DNA of 58,566 nucleotides from a virus (taxonomy: Duplodnaviria; Caudoviricetes), in IMG/VR virus record IMGVR_UViG_3300016476_000297, positions 1 through 58,566 of that record. One strand, 5' to 3'. Positions within the stretch are counted from its first letter, which is position 1; every line of letters begins with the position of its first letter. Below are positions 24,366-34,476 of this stretch, piece after piece. A program made the translations under genes and the position numbers. The notes under the pieces were generated by a model. That model had not been told where the DNA came from, made no database searches, and was given only the letters and a program-made list of their open reading frames with translations.

Positions 24366-25535
24366 ATGGCTTATAAAATAGGTAATAGCACTATAATCAG
24401 CAACACTGGTATCTCAAACTCTTCGCTTCCACAGTTGAGTATAGACTCTACTAGACTGGAAATATCTATACCTGTAGGTAGTAATTTTAGATATGTAGTA
24501 GGCGATAATAGAATAGTATTTGCTAATAGTGATTCTGTCACTATTCAGCACCTAAACTCTAATGAGTTTAGTACTACTTTTTCTGCAAATGTATCTTCTT
24601 ATTCAGATATTACTGCTCCAGTATCTAGAACACCTTTAGGTATCGGTGATGGTTTAATAGTAGTAGGAAACCCTCTTGCTAATACACTTAATACTCAAGC
24701 TGGTAGTGCGTCTGTTTATGACTATTCTGGTAATTTTAAATTTTCATTGCAACCTAGTACTAATGTGGTAGCCAATGTATATTTTGGACATTCCGTATCT
24801 ATAAAATGCAACTTAATATCTGTATGTAGTTTTGAATCTAACGTAGGTAATTTTAATCCAGGCACAATATATGTATACTATGCTAACGGAGCTCTCAAGA
24901 GTAAAACTTATAGACCAATTACTCCAGACTTATCTGACTTTAGTAAGAGAAACTTTTCAGGTATATTGATAGACGGATATAGAATACTAGCTTCAGACCT
25001 TTACACGCGAAGTACTGACGGGGTAGTAGAAGCTGGGGCCGTGTATTTATTTGCTACTGATAATACTCGTATATTTACAGCGAATCAACAGGTAGATATA
25101 GGCACTGGAGATAGATTTGGATTTCAAGTTTCGTATAGTGATGGACTAATACACGCTAGTAGTCCTTTTTATGAGAGTCAAACTGCCCCTTTTCCTTTGA
25201 ATGATGGGTTAATTACTGGAATAAATTTACAAGGGTCTATTGTATATAGATATGACCCTGGCACTTCGTCTAAACTGGGATCATATCTTGCTTCTGGTGG
25301 TGGATATGTAGTTGCGGGAAGAGACTACAGCAGAACTATAACTATTTTAACTAGCAGAGGACAATTTGTTCAGAGTATAACTTTACCATCAGACGCTACT
25401 GCGTCTGGTTACATGTACATACATAATAGTAAACTTTATGTGCAAGGTATAGGTAAGTTGTATAGCTATGATCTGCCACAATCACATAGCAGTTACTATG
25501 ATACTATTATTAAAAATAAAAAGAGGTATTACTAA
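24366..25535 (+). CDS. FG-GAP-like beta-propeller protein
   Basis: VVGNP...AGSASVYD, FGHSV, AGAVYLF, DRFGFQV. Confidence 0.6.
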   Translation: MAYKIGNSTIISNTGISNSSLPQLSIDSTRLEISIPVGSNFRYVVGDNRIVFANSDSVTIQHLNSNEFSTTFSANVSSYSDITAPVSRTPLGIGDGLIVVGNPLANTLNTQAGSASVYDYSGNFKFSLQPSTNVVANVYFGHSVSIKCNLISVCSFESNVGNFNPGTIYVYYANGALKSKTYRPITPDLSDFSKRNFSGILIDGYRILASDLYTRSTDGVVEAGAVYLFATDNTRIFTANQQVDIGTGDRFGFQVSYSDGLIHASSPFYESQTAPFPLNDGLITGINLQGSIVYRYDPGTSSKLGSYLASGGGYVVAGRDYSRTITILTSRGQFVQSITLPSDATASGYMYIHNSKLYVQGIGKLYSYDLPQSHSSYYDTIIKNKKRYY

Positions 25536-26650
25536 TGGCTTTTAGGAGTTTAAACTTTTACTTAGAGAACTTAGACGATAAAAGTATTATAGGATCTAAT
25601 TCTAATAGTACTTCTAACAGTATAAGCTCTCCCGTGTACTCAGATCCGTTGAGAGAAAATAGTGTTTCTCCTGAGTGGCCGTTAGCAGTAGATGAGGATG
25701 TAGTGGTAGTAGGTCATACAGCTAACGTTAGAATATATGATTTACCTGCTTTGTTTAATGGTGTAAGCGTTACTTCTACTATTATACCTGTGTCAGCTAA
25801 CTCTGTTACTTTGGATTCTGAATTTTTGTACTTAGGTGTTAGCTCCTCTAATACTGTAAGTAAGTACGATAAAAATTCTATTTTTTATAGTAATATCTCA
25901 TCTTCTTGGGCTAATTCCAGTAGCTCTTTCGGTAAAGTAGTTAAAGCAAGAGATGGTTTGTTACTAGTATCAGCACCCAACAATTTTAATAACATAGGAT
26001 CTGTTCACGTATTTGACTCAAGAGGACTAGAGACAGCAATACTAAAACCTAATACCGCCAACCAATATACCGGATTTGGTACTAGTATAGATTTAAGAGA
26101 CAACACGATAGTAATTGGTGCTCCTTATGATTTGGAAGGTAAAGCGTATGTATACGACTATTCAGGCAAATTAAAGAATGTACTAGTAGGGCCAAATGTT
26201 AATAGCAGATTTGGATACTCGGTAGCAGTAGGTTTTTCTAGTATACTAGTAGGGGCTCCAAATACTACTAGCAGAGGCGGAGCATATGTATATAGTACCA
26301 GCGGATCAGAAATAAAGTATATAGATCCTACTTCGTATGGTATTGGGTTTGATGAATATATAGGAGACTATTCTGCTATAGAATCTGGAAAGGCTTTACT
26401 TTTCGTATCTCCAAAAGTGTCTATTAATTTTGCTAATCCGGCAATATACTCTATAGACTTACGTGCCAACTCTCACTCTGCGTATGGACTACCATACACC
26501 GTAAACCTAGGAATCCAGGGAAAAGTAGGATTTACTACTAGTAACGCTAATGTATTTGTATGTCTTGGTCAAGATTACTGGTCCGGCCAGAAAAATATAT
26601 ATACTTATTCAATACAAAAAAGAACACACCTATTAGAGGAACCTATTTAA
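25535..26650 (+). CDS. FG-GAP-like beta-propeller protein
   Basis: FGKVV...VSAP, FGTSI...IGAP, FGYSV...VGAP...GGAYVY. Confidence 0.65.
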   Translation: MAFRSLNFYLENLDDKSIIGSNSNSTSNSISSPVYSDPLRENSVSPEWPLAVDEDVVVVGHTANVRIYDLPALFNGVSVTSTIIPVSANSVTLDSEFLYLGVSSSNTVSKYDKNSIFYSNISSSWANSSSSFGKVVKARDGLLLVSAPNNFNNIGSVHVFDSRGLETAILKPNTANQYTGFGTSIDLRDNTIVIGAPYDLEGKAYVYDYSGKLKNVLVGPNVNSRFGYSVAVGFSSILVGAPNTTSRGGAYVYSTSGSEIKYIDPTSYGIGFDEYIGDYSAIESGKALLFVSPKVSINFANPAIYSIDLRANSHSAYGLPYTVNLGIQGKVGFTTSNANVFVCLGQDYWSGQKNIYTYSIQKRTHLLEEPI

Positions 26651-26652
26651 TA

Positions 26653-27936
26653 ATGCAAGACTACTTTAAAGTACCAATTAATAAACTAGCTTCGAAACTA
26701 CCGGACAAATACGGTTTCAAAGATTTTAATCCAAGTCAGCAGGCTATGATTGATGGGCTATCTGACAAACGCTTTTGGGTGCATATAAGTGCTCGACGTA
26801 CAGGTAAGTCTAGTGCCGCCGCTGTTTTAGCCTTAGCTAAACTACTAGAGCCTAACCAACAAGTGTTGGTAGTAGCACCAAACTTTAACCTCAGCTCGAT
26901 TATCTGGGATTATACTGCTCAACTTATTGAGAGTTTTGGTATTGAAACTAAAAAATACAACCAAAAAGATCACGTAGTTCAGTTGATTAATGATAGTACT
27001 TTCCGTCTGCTGTCGGCAGAAAATAGAAGCTCGCTAGTTGGTCGTGCTGCCAACTTTCTGATAGTAGACGAAGCTGCACTAATAAGTGATGACGAATATT
27101 TTACACGAGACCTTCGTCCTGCACTATCCACCTTTCCCGATTCTCGGGCACTCTTTATCAGCACTCCTCGCGGTAAAGAAAACTATTTATACGAGTACTA
27201 TCAGCGCGGCCAGAGCAGTGAGTTTGTAGATTGGGGCAGTGGGCTGTACCCTTGGCACGCTAATCCGCGTTTACAAAAAGCTGATATTGAAGAAGCTAAG
27301 CGCTCCCTACCAGAAACTATTTTCAGACAAGAATATTACTGCGAGTGGGCAAGCTTCGAAGGTCAGATTTATAAAATAGATGACGATAAGCATCTTGTAG
27401 ATCTAACTAGTGAAGAGGCTCCATATAGAATTGCTCCGGGAGACCAGCGTTTTACTTTTATAGCGGGTCTTGATATGGGTTTTCGTGACGACACTGCTTT
27501 TGTGGTTATAGCTACCGATGATATTAATTTTTATGTAGTAGACGAGTACGTAGCTAGCGAAGCTACAACTAGTGTACATGCTGAACGCATAAAAGAGTTA
27601 ATAGACCATTGGGGTGTTGAATTAATTTACATTGATAGCGCCGCGCAACAAACTAAGGCAGACCTTGCATATGACTATGATATATATTGTGATAACGCTG
27701 TAAAGAGCGTTACTGACGGTATTGCACATTTGCAAAGTTTAGTGGTGCAGGATAAAATTATATTTGACATAAATAACGCATATACCTGCCATAAAAGTAT
27801 GACTGCGTATCGCTGGAACTCTCGCACTGAAAAAGTAAAACCTGTACACGACTGGTCTAGCCATGCTTGCGATGCTATACGATATGCAATATATACATAC
27901 ACTAAGTCTAGTGCAGTAGAGATCTATACCGGATAA
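26653..27936 (+). CDS. terL: terminase large subunit
   Basis: Walker A ARRTGKS, Walker B LIVDEAA, ISTPRGK coupling motif, RNase H GLDMGFRDDTA, H.CDAIRY; GAGG RBS before MQDYFK. Confidence 0.95.
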   Translation: MQDYFKVPINKLASKLPDKYGFKDFNPSQQAMIDGLSDKRFWVHISARRTGKSSAAAVLALAKLLEPNQQVLVVAPNFNLSSIIWDYTAQLIESFGIETKKYNQKDHVVQLINDSTFRLLSAENRSSLVGRAANFLIVDEAALISDDEYFTRDLRPALSTFPDSRALFISTPRGKENYLYEYYQRGQSSEFVDWGSGLYPWHANPRLQKADIEEAKRSLPETIFRQEYYCEWASFEGQIYKIDDDKHLVDLTSEEAPYRIAPGDQRFTFIAGLDMGFRDDTAFVVIATDDINFYVVDEYVASEATTSVHAERIKELIDHWGVELIYIDSAAQQTKADLAYDYDIYCDNAVKSVTDGIAHLQSLVVQDKIIFDINNAYTCHKSMTAYRWNSRTEKVKPVHDWSSHACDAIRYAIYTYTKSSAVEIYTG

Positions 27937-27964
27937 ACAACTTAGATTTTTTACATTTTAATTT

Positions 27965-27993
27965 TTGACTTTGTGATTTTTTAGACTTATAAT
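27965..27993 (+). promoter_or_regulatory. sigma70-type promoter
   Basis: TTGACT-17-TATAAT. Confidence 0.65.
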
Positions 27994-28423
27994 GGAACAA
28001 GAAATGAAGGAATCCGACAAAAAACTTACTAGACTGCCTGTTAAGTGGGTAAGAGATGGTATAAAAAAGAACTATAAAGACAGAGAGCCTTGCTTTATTT
28101 GCGGTGCTGATGAAAATATAGAACTCCATCACATATACAGTGTAAGCGAGCTTTGGAACAACTGGCTTAGAGAAAATAAAATAACTATATCCTGCGATGA
28201 AGATGTGTTATCTAATAGAGCAATTTTTGAACGGGACAACTTAGATAAACTATCTAATGATAATTTATACTCTCTGTGCAAGACTCACCACCTAAGGCTT
28301 CATCAAATATACGGTAAATCTTATTCCAATTACATGGGTGATAAAGTAAGAGACTGGATTCACAAACAAAGAGACAAGTATGGAGATAAGCAATCATGGC
28401 AAGAGGACCAATCAATTGGTTAG
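27992..28423 (+). CDS. HNH endonuclease between TerL and portal (T5 nicking-endonuclease-like); true start may be 28004
   Basis: K.VRDGIK..Y....C.ICG...IELHH..S, LC..HH..LH..YG; position as in T5. Confidence 0.75.
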   Translation: MEQEMKESDKKLTRLPVKWVRDGIKKNYKDREPCFICGADENIELHHIYSVSELWNNWLRENKITISCDEDVLSNRAIFERDNLDKLSNDNLYSLCKTHHLRLHQIYGKSYSNYMGDKVRDWIHKQRDKYGDKQSWQEDQSIG

Positions 28424-29646
28424 TAGAAAAGCTTAATCCTGCACAACCACAGATTCACACTCGTCAACCATTTGCTAGCCCTCAACCAAACGTAGACTAT
28501 AAAGCCGCGTATGACCAAATCGAAGTTATACATCGTGCAGTAGAGATGATTGTTAGTGCGTGTGTTGAGGTTCCTTTTGATATAACTAATGGCGGACCAG
28601 TAAAAAAGCTTAACAAGCTATTAAATGATCGCCCTAACCCGTTCGAAGATAGAATAAAACTATTTAGAAGAGCTTACTTTGACCTTATTTTAGACGGTAA
28701 TGCATTCTTCTACTATGATGGTACTAATTTGTATGTGTTGCCAGCCAATGATATGCAAATAATAACAGACCCTAAGACTTTTATAAAAGGTTATCTGTTC
28801 TTAGTCACCTCTAACTATTCTAGCTATGCTACAGGGTCTAGAGACAGTAAGAATCAAAGCTCTATAGAGTTTAGTGCGGATGAAATAATCCATATAAAAA
28901 TGGATAATGACGAAAGTATCTTTAGAGGTAAAAGTCCTATAAAGAGCTTAGACAATATAATAAATATATATAATGCGTTGCTTAAGTTCCAAAAGCAGTT
29001 CTTTAAAAATAACGCAGTACCTGGAGTCGTGCTAACAACTGATTCGGTGCTGAATACTAAAGTTAAAGACAGACTTTTACAATCTTGGCGTTCTAGTTAT
29101 GCTACTATTTTTGATGGGGCTAGAAGCCCTGCAATTCTAGACGGCGGACTAAAAATAGATAAGTTCAGCGACATTAACTTTCAGAGTCTAGACTTTGAAG
29201 CAAGTATAGAACGTTTAGAACAAGACATGGCTAAGGCGCTGGGTGTTCCATACGTTCTTATGAAGAGCGGTAATAACGCCAACATAGCGGCAAACCAAGT
29301 ATTATTCTATGAGCACACAATATTACCTATAGTGTCAATGTTTGCTAGTGCATTTACTCAGTACTTTAATTCTAGTTTAATAAGACCTGATAAAAGCGTA
29401 ATAACTGCGTTACAACCTGATTTAAGAACACAGAGTCAATACTATGTTAGTTTAGTTAACTCTGGTATTATAACTGCTGATGAAGCTAGAGAACGTCTAG
29501 GATTTGAGGCGCTTAATACTTCGGACACTAACGCTATTAGGATGCCGCAGAATATAACTGGTAGTGCCACTAACCCATCAATAGGCGGTAGGCCGCCTAA
29601 TGAAGCTGTAGAAGGCATACCAGAAGACGCAGCTACAGAAACTTGA
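28396..29646 (+). CDS. portal protein (HK97/T5 family)
   Basis: EKLNPAQ, LLN.RPNP, DGNAF, EIIHIK, FFKNNAVPG, ALGVP, GIIT.DEARE.LG. Confidence 0.92.
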   Translation: MARGPINWLVEKLNPAQPQIHTRQPFASPQPNVDYKAAYDQIEVIHRAVEMIVSACVEVPFDITNGGPVKKLNKLLNDRPNPFEDRIKLFRRAYFDLILDGNAFFYYDGTNLYVLPANDMQIITDPKTFIKGYLFLVTSNYSSYATGSRDSKNQSSIEFSADEIIHIKMDNDESIFRGKSPIKSLDNIINIYNALLKFQKQFFKNNAVPGVVLTTDSVLNTKVKDRLLQSWRSSYATIFDGARSPAILDGGLKIDKFSDINFQSLDFEASIERLEQDMAKALGVPYVLMKSGNNANIAANQVLFYEHTILPIVSMFASAFTQYFNSSLIRPDKSVITALQPDLRTQSQYYVSLVNSGIITADEARERLGFEALNTSDTNAIRMPQNITGSATNPSIGGRPPNEAVEGIPEDAATET

Positions 29647-29656
29647 GGAGCATACA

Positions 29657-32203
29657 ATGCAAAAAACATTTTACATTGATACTGACGACTTTGCTGTCAA
29701 AGGTATCGCTGATAATAAAGCGTTAAAAATTGCTGGCTATGCTAACACCGCTGACAAAGATAGAACAGGTGATATTGTTCTACCAGATGCTTGGACTAAA
29801 GGCGTAGAGAATTTTAGAAGAAATCCAATTCTTCTTTATCAACACGACCACGGAAAGCCAATCGGTAGAGTTAACAATATAACTGTCGATAAAAAAGGTA
29901 TCTTTGTTGAGGCAAGTGTTAGTGATGCCGCTGAAAAACAACACGCAGTAAAAACACTAATAAAAGACGGAGTATTAAAAAGCTTTAGCGTAGGTTTCAG
30001 AATCAAAGATGCCGACTACGACAAGAGAAGCGATACTTTCGTGATTAAAGACCTAGAACTACTAGAAATATCAGTAGTAAGTGTTCCTGCTAATCAAAAT
30101 TCATTATTCTCTATACGCAAAAGCTTTGAGAATGACGATACATACAAAGAGTTTAAAGGACAATTTGCAGTATCAAAAGAAAAAGCTTCTAAAGTAGTTG
30201 ACGATGAAGAAGAGGAAGAAGAAATTTCAACAGGACAAGATCCTATGAAGCAAATTCCTTTCATAAATCTGCTAAGTGAAGATACAAGCAAGATAACAGA
30301 AAAAACTTTTGTAGTTATTGATGGTCAAAGATTTAAAACTGCAAAGATAGCTACTGCTGATAATCCTAACTTCGTGTTTGAAAAGTGTGACGCGGTAGGC
30401 ACTTCTCTAGGAGAAACACTAGAGGTAAACGCCTTAGATCTAACCATAGTAAACAAATGGGACTTAGATAGCGAGTACGATATAAAACTATTAGTGACTA
30501 ATGAAAAGTCATTCTTAGATGAAGAAAAAACACATATAATAGCAAAATTCCAGTCTTTAGTAGGTAAGTCTGAAATAGAGCTACTCCAGCTAAAAGCAGC
30601 TGAAGAGGTTAAAAACGATAAAAACCTACAAAAAATACTAAACGACACATTAAATCTTATTACACTAAACTATACTAATTGGAATGACTCTCATTTCTAT
30701 TTAGCTAATAAAAATTGTATGGTTGTAGAGACTCTAAAGACCCTTCCAGTGGAGAGCAATAGAGATCTTATGCTGAATGTATATGGCCATAATATACAAA
30801 AAACTCTAGAGGAGAAAAAACAAATGACTACTGAAAACGTAGGTGATCCAATCACAATCAGCACAAAAGCTGCGTCAGCCCAGGTAGATACCAAAGCTGC
30901 TGTTGCCACTGTTGCAGAACCACGCGTTGCACAGCTAGTAGAAAAGGCTGGTGAAGCCGTTCTAAGAGCTGAAGCTGCAGAATATGTAGCTAACGAAACA
31001 GGCCGTGCAGCCGATCCACGAGTAATGGAAGAACTAGCCGAACTAAAAGGTCAGCTAAAAGCTTATCGCGAGCAAGTAAACTCCATGCAGACAAGCAAGA
31101 TGCACTATGCAGAAAACTCCCGTTCATACGAGCAGTTCTCTGACCGTGATAAATCAAATGCTATATTCCTATCAAAAGCCCTAAACAAGCACGTATTTAA
31201 TACTCGCATGGGCGACCGCATGAAAGCTGTTCTAACAGATGCAAATCTAAATGAAGCTTTCAGCACAAACGTCTACCACGAAATGCAGCAACAACTAGTA
31301 GTTGCTCCAATGTTTAACCGCGTTGAAGTAAACTCTAAGTCGTTCCGTATTCCAGTAGCTGATGAAGATGCAAGCGACTTCGTAGCTCAGTTCCCATCAG
31401 GTTCATTCGCCGCTGGCGTAACTGATTGGACCACTGTACCAACTAGCCGTCAGGCACAAATTGGCGCAGTAGAACTACAACCAAAGAAGTTCATGGTTGC
31501 AACTCACATTGCCAAGGACGAAGAAGAAGATACAATTCTTCCACTAATCGACTTCCTACGTCAAGCTGCGACTCGTCGTCTAGCTCGTGGTATCGACAAA
31601 GCAATTCTACGTGGTGACGGCTCACTAAGTGCATTCAGTGCATCTAACGCCCTAACTGCTGCTGGTGCTTATACCTCTGTTATCAAAGGTGTTGTAGAAC
31701 TAGCTGCTGGAGTTGGTGGTCTTGTAACTAAGACTGCTGGTACAACTACAAAAGCTGGCCCAGATCAAATCGCTGCTGCCCGTCTAACTCTCGGTAAGTA
31801 CGGTCTAGCTCTAGGTTCAAACCTAGCCTATGTAACTAGCGTAGAAGGCTACAACAACCTAGTAACTAACACCAACTTCCAAACTGTAGACAAGTTCGGT
31901 GCACAAGCTACATACCTAACAGGTAGTGTTGGCGCTATCTACGGTATTCCAATATTCATCTCTGAATTTATGGATACTGCTGGTGCTGCTGACTCCAACC
32001 TAGGTGTTATGGTTTACAAGCCAGGCTTCATCATCGGTGAGCGTCGCGCAATGGAAATCGAAAGCGAATACCTACCACAGCAACAAGTTACAGCAATGTA
32101 CCTAAGCACTCGCTTCGACTTCAAGGCTCTAACAACTGTTTCTCAGGCTGCTCTAAGTGCTCGTTACTCATACGCAGGTCTAGTAACAACTGCAAGCGCT
32201 TAA
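29657..32203 (+). CDS. prohead protease fused in frame to major capsid protein (internal start at 30824)
   Basis: N-terminal HK97 protease (GYANT..KDR.GD, LLYQHDH.KPIG, SFSVGF, LLEISVVSVPAN); C-terminal HK97-fold capsid; internal GAGGAG + ATG gives 459 aa. Confidence 0.9.
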   Translation: MQKTFYIDTDDFAVKGIADNKALKIAGYANTADKDRTGDIVLPDAWTKGVENFRRNPILLYQHDHGKPIGRVNNITVDKKGIFVEASVSDAAEKQHAVKTLIKDGVLKSFSVGFRIKDADYDKRSDTFVIKDLELLEISVVSVPANQNSLFSIRKSFENDDTYKEFKGQFAVSKEKASKVVDDEEEEEEISTGQDPMKQIPFINLLSEDTSKITEKTFVVIDGQRFKTAKIATADNPNFVFEKCDAVGTSLGETLEVNALDLTIVNKWDLDSEYDIKLLVTNEKSFLDEEKTHIIAKFQSLVGKSEIELLQLKAAEEVKNDKNLQKILNDTLNLITLNYTNWNDSHFYLANKNCMVVETLKTLPVESNRDLMLNVYGHNIQKTLEEKKQMTTENVGDPITISTKAASAQVDTKAAVATVAEPRVAQLVEKAGEAVLRAEAAEYVANETGRAADPRVMEELAELKGQLKAYREQVNSMQTSKMHYAENSRSYEQFSDRDKSNAIFLSKALNKHVFNTRMGDRMKAVLTDANLNEAFSTNVYHEMQQQLVVAPMFNRVEVNSKSFRIPVADEDASDFVAQFPSGSFAAGVTDWTTVPTSRQAQIGAVELQPKKFMVATHIAKDEEEDTILPLIDFLRQAATRRLARGIDKAILRGDGSLSAFSASNALTAAGAYTSVIKGVVELAAGVGGLVTKTAGTTTKAGPDQIAAARLTLGKYGLALGSNLAYVTSVEGYNNLVTNTNFQTVDKFGAQATYLTGSVGAIYGIPIFISEFMDTAGAADSNLGVMVYKPGFIIGERRAMEIESEYLPQQQVTAMYLSTRFDFKALTTVSQAALSARYSYAGLVTTASA

Positions 32204-32225
32204 TAGTTAGTTTTAAATTAACTCT

Positions 32226-32255
32226 TAGGGGGTGGGGCTCTGCCCCGCCCCCTTA
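32226..32255 (+). terminator. terminator-like hairpin after capsid gene
   Basis: AGGGGGTGGGGC-TCT-GCCCCGCCCCCT followed by T-rich run. Confidence 0.7.
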
Positions 32256-32269
32256 CTTATTTGGTGATC

Positions 32270-32974
32270 ATGAAAAAACATATAATTTGTCATATTCATT
32301 GCTTGGACCATCCTAGCGTTTTTAAAATAGTAGACAATCTAGTAAAGTACAATCATGTATTTACTGGAGAAAAGATAGTTACTATTACAAAAGTAAGTAC
32401 TGAGATATACATATATAACTCAGTGTCTAGTATTCTAAAAAAGTTAGGCTATACACTAATAGTCGTAGGAAATGACCAGTCTTTGAGAGAGACTTCTAAA
32501 TTTTTTGATATAGCTCTCCCAGCACTTCTGGAAAAAACTAAAGAAGGACTCTTATATTATTGCCATTCTAAAGGCGTAATATATCATCCTAGCAGTAAGG
32601 ATGGTAAAGTTACCAGTTTGTGGACTGATGTGCTATGGCACTATACTTTAGCTTTGAGTGATGATTTTCCTTTCCAAGACCCCAAATATAATACTTTTGG
32701 GTCGTGCAGAGTAACTAAAAAAGGATTTCTTCCAGACAAGATAGGCGAAAATTTTTGCTATGTGGGTACTTTCTTCTGGATAAGACTTGAAAAATTAGTT
32801 GGAAAGACATTTGAACCGCATAGCAAGTTCTATTTAGAAGGTTTACCTGGGCTGGTATGCGAAGTAAAAGAATCATATAACCAAGGACCAGAGCTAACTC
32901 CGTTAGACGGTCCATACGAATTAGAAACATGGAACAAACGAGGAATATATTATGGATTTCCAAACAAAAATTGA
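32270..32974 (+). CDS. hypothetical protein, possibly glycosyltransferase-like
   Basis: YCHSKG, W...L..Y.L, Y.GTFFW motifs. Confidence 0.5.
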   Translation: MKKHIICHIHCLDHPSVFKIVDNLVKYNHVFTGEKIVTITKVSTEIYIYNSVSSILKKLGYTLIVVGNDQSLRETSKFFDIALPALLEKTKEGLLYYCHSKGVIYHPSSKDGKVTSLWTDVLWHYTLALSDDFPFQDPKYNTFGSCRVTKKGFLPDKIGENFCYVGTFFWIRLEKLVGKTFEPHSKFYLEGLPGLVCEVKESYNQGPELTPLDGPYELETWNKRGIYYGFPNKN

Positions 32975-33278
32975 ACTAATTGAAGAAGCCAGACAAAAGT
33001 ATATAACTTTTGAAGATGAGTTTAGAGAGTATCTAGGTGCAGGTCACTCTTTTAATGGCGCATACAACTACTTCTCCATAGAGGATATAGAGAAGCATAA
33101 AAAACTATCAGAAAAAACCTTAGAGCTAGAAGCCTGGAATACGCTGCACGGCGGTAGTAAAGACTCTTCGCCAGTTAAGCTAGCTTCTGATTCCGTAAAA
33201 GAAAAATTGGAGAAACTAGATGAGTCAGTTAATAAGCCTGCCGGAAATAAAGGACTTCCTAAGCATAAAACCAGCTAA
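32952..33278 (+). CDS. hypothetical protein
   Basis: GAGG RBS, overlaps both neighbours. Confidence 0.6.
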   Translation: MDFQTKIELIEEARQKYITFEDEFREYLGAGHSFNGAYNYFSIEDIEKHKKLSEKTLELEAWNTLHGGSKDSSPVKLASDSVKEKLEKLDESVNKPAGNKGLPKHKTS

Positions 33279-34476
33279 CGTAGACGAAGATGGTAGACTA
33301 AGTAATATAGCCGTTCAGGTTAGTAGCTTAGTCACATCTTACTGCGGAAGAGAGTTTGAAGCTAATACCTACACAGAGTATTTTGATGGAGGTAGAGCGA
33401 GTGTTTTTGTTGCCAATCCGCCTATAAACTATATTAGTGAAGTAGCACATTTTGACGGCAATGACTATTTGCTGTTAGGCGGGCCTGATTCTAGTGGGCA
33501 GCCTATAATCAAAGAAGGTCAAGCACACTCTATTGCTGTTACTGGTACCCCATTAGTAAAAACTCGTGTTAAGAAATTTGGAAGGTCTAGCCTTAGACTG
33601 GATGGAGTTAGTTATCTTACTGCTAGTTCCAATGATGATTGGGATTTAGGCGTAGACGACTTTACCATAGAGCTATACGCTAGATTTGACGCTACATCTG
33701 GTACTCAGTCTCTTGTGAGGAGCGGTAACACTACTCACTACTGGGATTTTGGAGTAGATTTTAGTGTTAATGGTTTATATTTTAAAACCGTAAGTAATAG
33801 TGTAGAAACTTGTAATGTTAGACAAGCAAGCAATACAGGATACGCGGCTAATCAGTTCTATCACCTAGCAGTATCTAGAGACGACACTTCTTTTTACTTA
33901 GCTAGAGAAGGTGTTATAGTTGCTACAGGCAGTAATACTGTCAGCATACCAAACTATGGCACTGGAGTGGACCTAGGCAAATTTATGACGGGATATATTG
34001 ATAATGTACGTATAACTCACGACGCAAAATACACAACAGCGTATACTACATACTCATATCCGCCTGCTGCAGATTCAGCTACAAAACTACTAATGAGGTT
34101 TGATGGCTCTAATAATACAACTAGTTTTGTAGATTTATCTAGAACTGTAAATGAATATGCTTTTTATAAGGTTACAGGTGAAGTAAACTTTGATACTGGT
34201 GATGGCGGTGGCACTCCTGAGTTAGGTTTCTTTAGGCCGCTTAAATTTAGAAACTACCCTAACGGTGTTAGAGTCATATACAACGGTGGATTCACCGAGA
34301 TTCCAGATGATTTAAAATTAGCCGTTCTTGAGATGGTTAAAGTTATATATAAAGGAAGAAGCGGCTCAGACAGAGTAACTTTTCAGGGAGAGAGCTCTCA
34401 GAACTACAAACTTAGCGTAGATGATTTTCCTCCACAAGTTCGCAGAGTTTTAAATCTTTATAGGTTGGTAGGCTAA
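33220..34476 (+). CDS. head-tail connector/head completion protein with inserted LamG-like domain
   Basis: LISL.EIK.FL...D.RL...SYCGREF and Y.GG...IP.DLKLA flank KFG.SSL..DG, DFTIE, FYHLAV.R, GYIDNVRIT. Confidence 0.75.
   Translation: MSQLISLPEIKDFLSIKPANVDEDGRLSNIAVQVSSLVTSYCGREFEANTYTEYFDGGRASVFVANPPINYISEVAHFDGNDYLLLGGPDSSGQPIIKEGQAHSIAVTGTPLVKTRVKKFGRSSLRLDGVSYLTASSNDDWDLGVDDFTIELYARFDATSGTQSLVRSGNTTHYWDFGVDFSVNGLYFKTVSNSVETCNVRQASNTGYAANQFYHLAVSRDDTSFYLAREGVIVATGSNTVSIPNYGTGVDLGKFMTGYIDNVRITHDAKYTTAYTTYSYPPAADSATKLLMRFDGSNNTTSFVDLSRTVNEYAFYKVTGEVNFDTGDGGGTPELGFFRPLKFRNYPNGVRVIYNGGFTEIPDDLKLAVLEMVKVIYKGRSGSDRVTFQGESSQNYKLSVDDFPPQVRRVLNLYRLVG

Noticed and set aside
12544-26650. Diversity-generating retroelement acting on fibre genes
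   Set aside because: No reverse transcriptase in the window and no TR/VR pair differing only at adenines seen by eye; a self dot-plot would be needed to exclude it fully
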